Assembly: GCA_963796965.1 (NCBI GenBank)
Contig: CAWCNS010000007.1
Coordinates: 704,001 to 768,000 of the forward strand
Direction of reading: 5' to 3'
DNA from: Calditrichia bacterium
GTDB taxonomy: Bacteria > Calditrichota > Calditrichia > JAJRVZ01
DNA: 64,000 bases
Of this stretch, positions 63,492-64,000 are shown in pieces. The notes under the pieces were generated by a model. It saw nothing but the letters and a program-made list of their open reading frames with translations, was not told where the DNA came from and did no database searches. The position numbers and the translations under genes were made by a program. The number at the start of each line of letters is the position of its first letter. The stretch's first letter is position 1.

Positions 63492-64000
63492 CTCATGCGT
63501 AATATTAAAAAAAGGATTTATTATTTAGTATGATCCACTTCAACCTAACTGCTGTATTCTTATGTGTGAGTATAAATCAAAGGTTTTCATCTGGTTTCAC
63601 TTAATATTCCTCCCGACATTAGTAATTCAGATATTCCTTGCTCAAATACAACAAGATGAGGTTGGCCCAGGATTAACCAGATGTGAGGTTTATCGACCTT
63701 CCAATTTATAGATTTTTTTAGGCTAATTGTATTTTTTCTGATATCAACGTACTTACTATATATCTTATCAGTTATCATATATCCATCGATTTAATTATGG
63801 GGAATATGATCTCCTATTAATACTCGTAGTTTGATGTAAAAACACGGCAGACCGCTTACATACCAAGACATTTAATAGTAACATCTCCAGTTGCTCAATC
63901 AATACATAACATCCTGTTTAACACCCAAATTGAAACAATTTCAACCACCTTCTCGTATTTCAAATTCATACATCTACAGATGTAGAGACGTTCATCTACA

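Noticed and set aside
63587..64000. 63-aa ORF and a GTAGAGACG...TCTAC REP-like hairpin at the window edge
   Set aside because: The ORF has no motif support, and the hairpin is cut by the window end and cannot be delimited.

Overview
Bacterial chromosomal window, AT-rich and gene-dense, with almost all genes on the minus strand. It mostly encodes exported carbohydrate/sulfate-ester catabolic enzymes: five Cys-type sulfatases, GH36, GH78, GH120-like, GH117-like, BNR and beta-propeller proteins, four Gfo/Idh/MocA oxidoreductases, a Gfo + TIM-barrel + DUF1080 operon, PhoD-like, AKR and amidohydrolases. It also has a PreA/DHODH-like flavoprotein next to a class III aminotransferase. No SusC/SusD is present, and there are clear Shine-Dalgarno and sigma70 signals, which suggests (inference) a non-Bacteroidota FCB-type organism. 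Two near-identical IS1182-family copies sit in tandem between the arms of a 12-bp palindrome. About 14 single-base frameshifts split otherwise intact genes and look like long-read consensus errors. The most unusual signals are non-coding. (1) A 22-nt double-hairpin element (7 copies, with covarying stems and loops) is inserted cleanly inside other repeats, and an empty-site homologue lies in the same window. (2) A 23-bp-period array has a conserved core of about 11 nt and variable spacers (50811-51018). (3) Several REP/MITE-like families are nested inside one another. Notable proteins are a GH117-like/class-A-serine-hydrolase fusion and a 1672-aa propeller-methyltransferase-malectin-HEAT-PA14 protein. 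All family calls come from motif recognition by eye; no searches were run.
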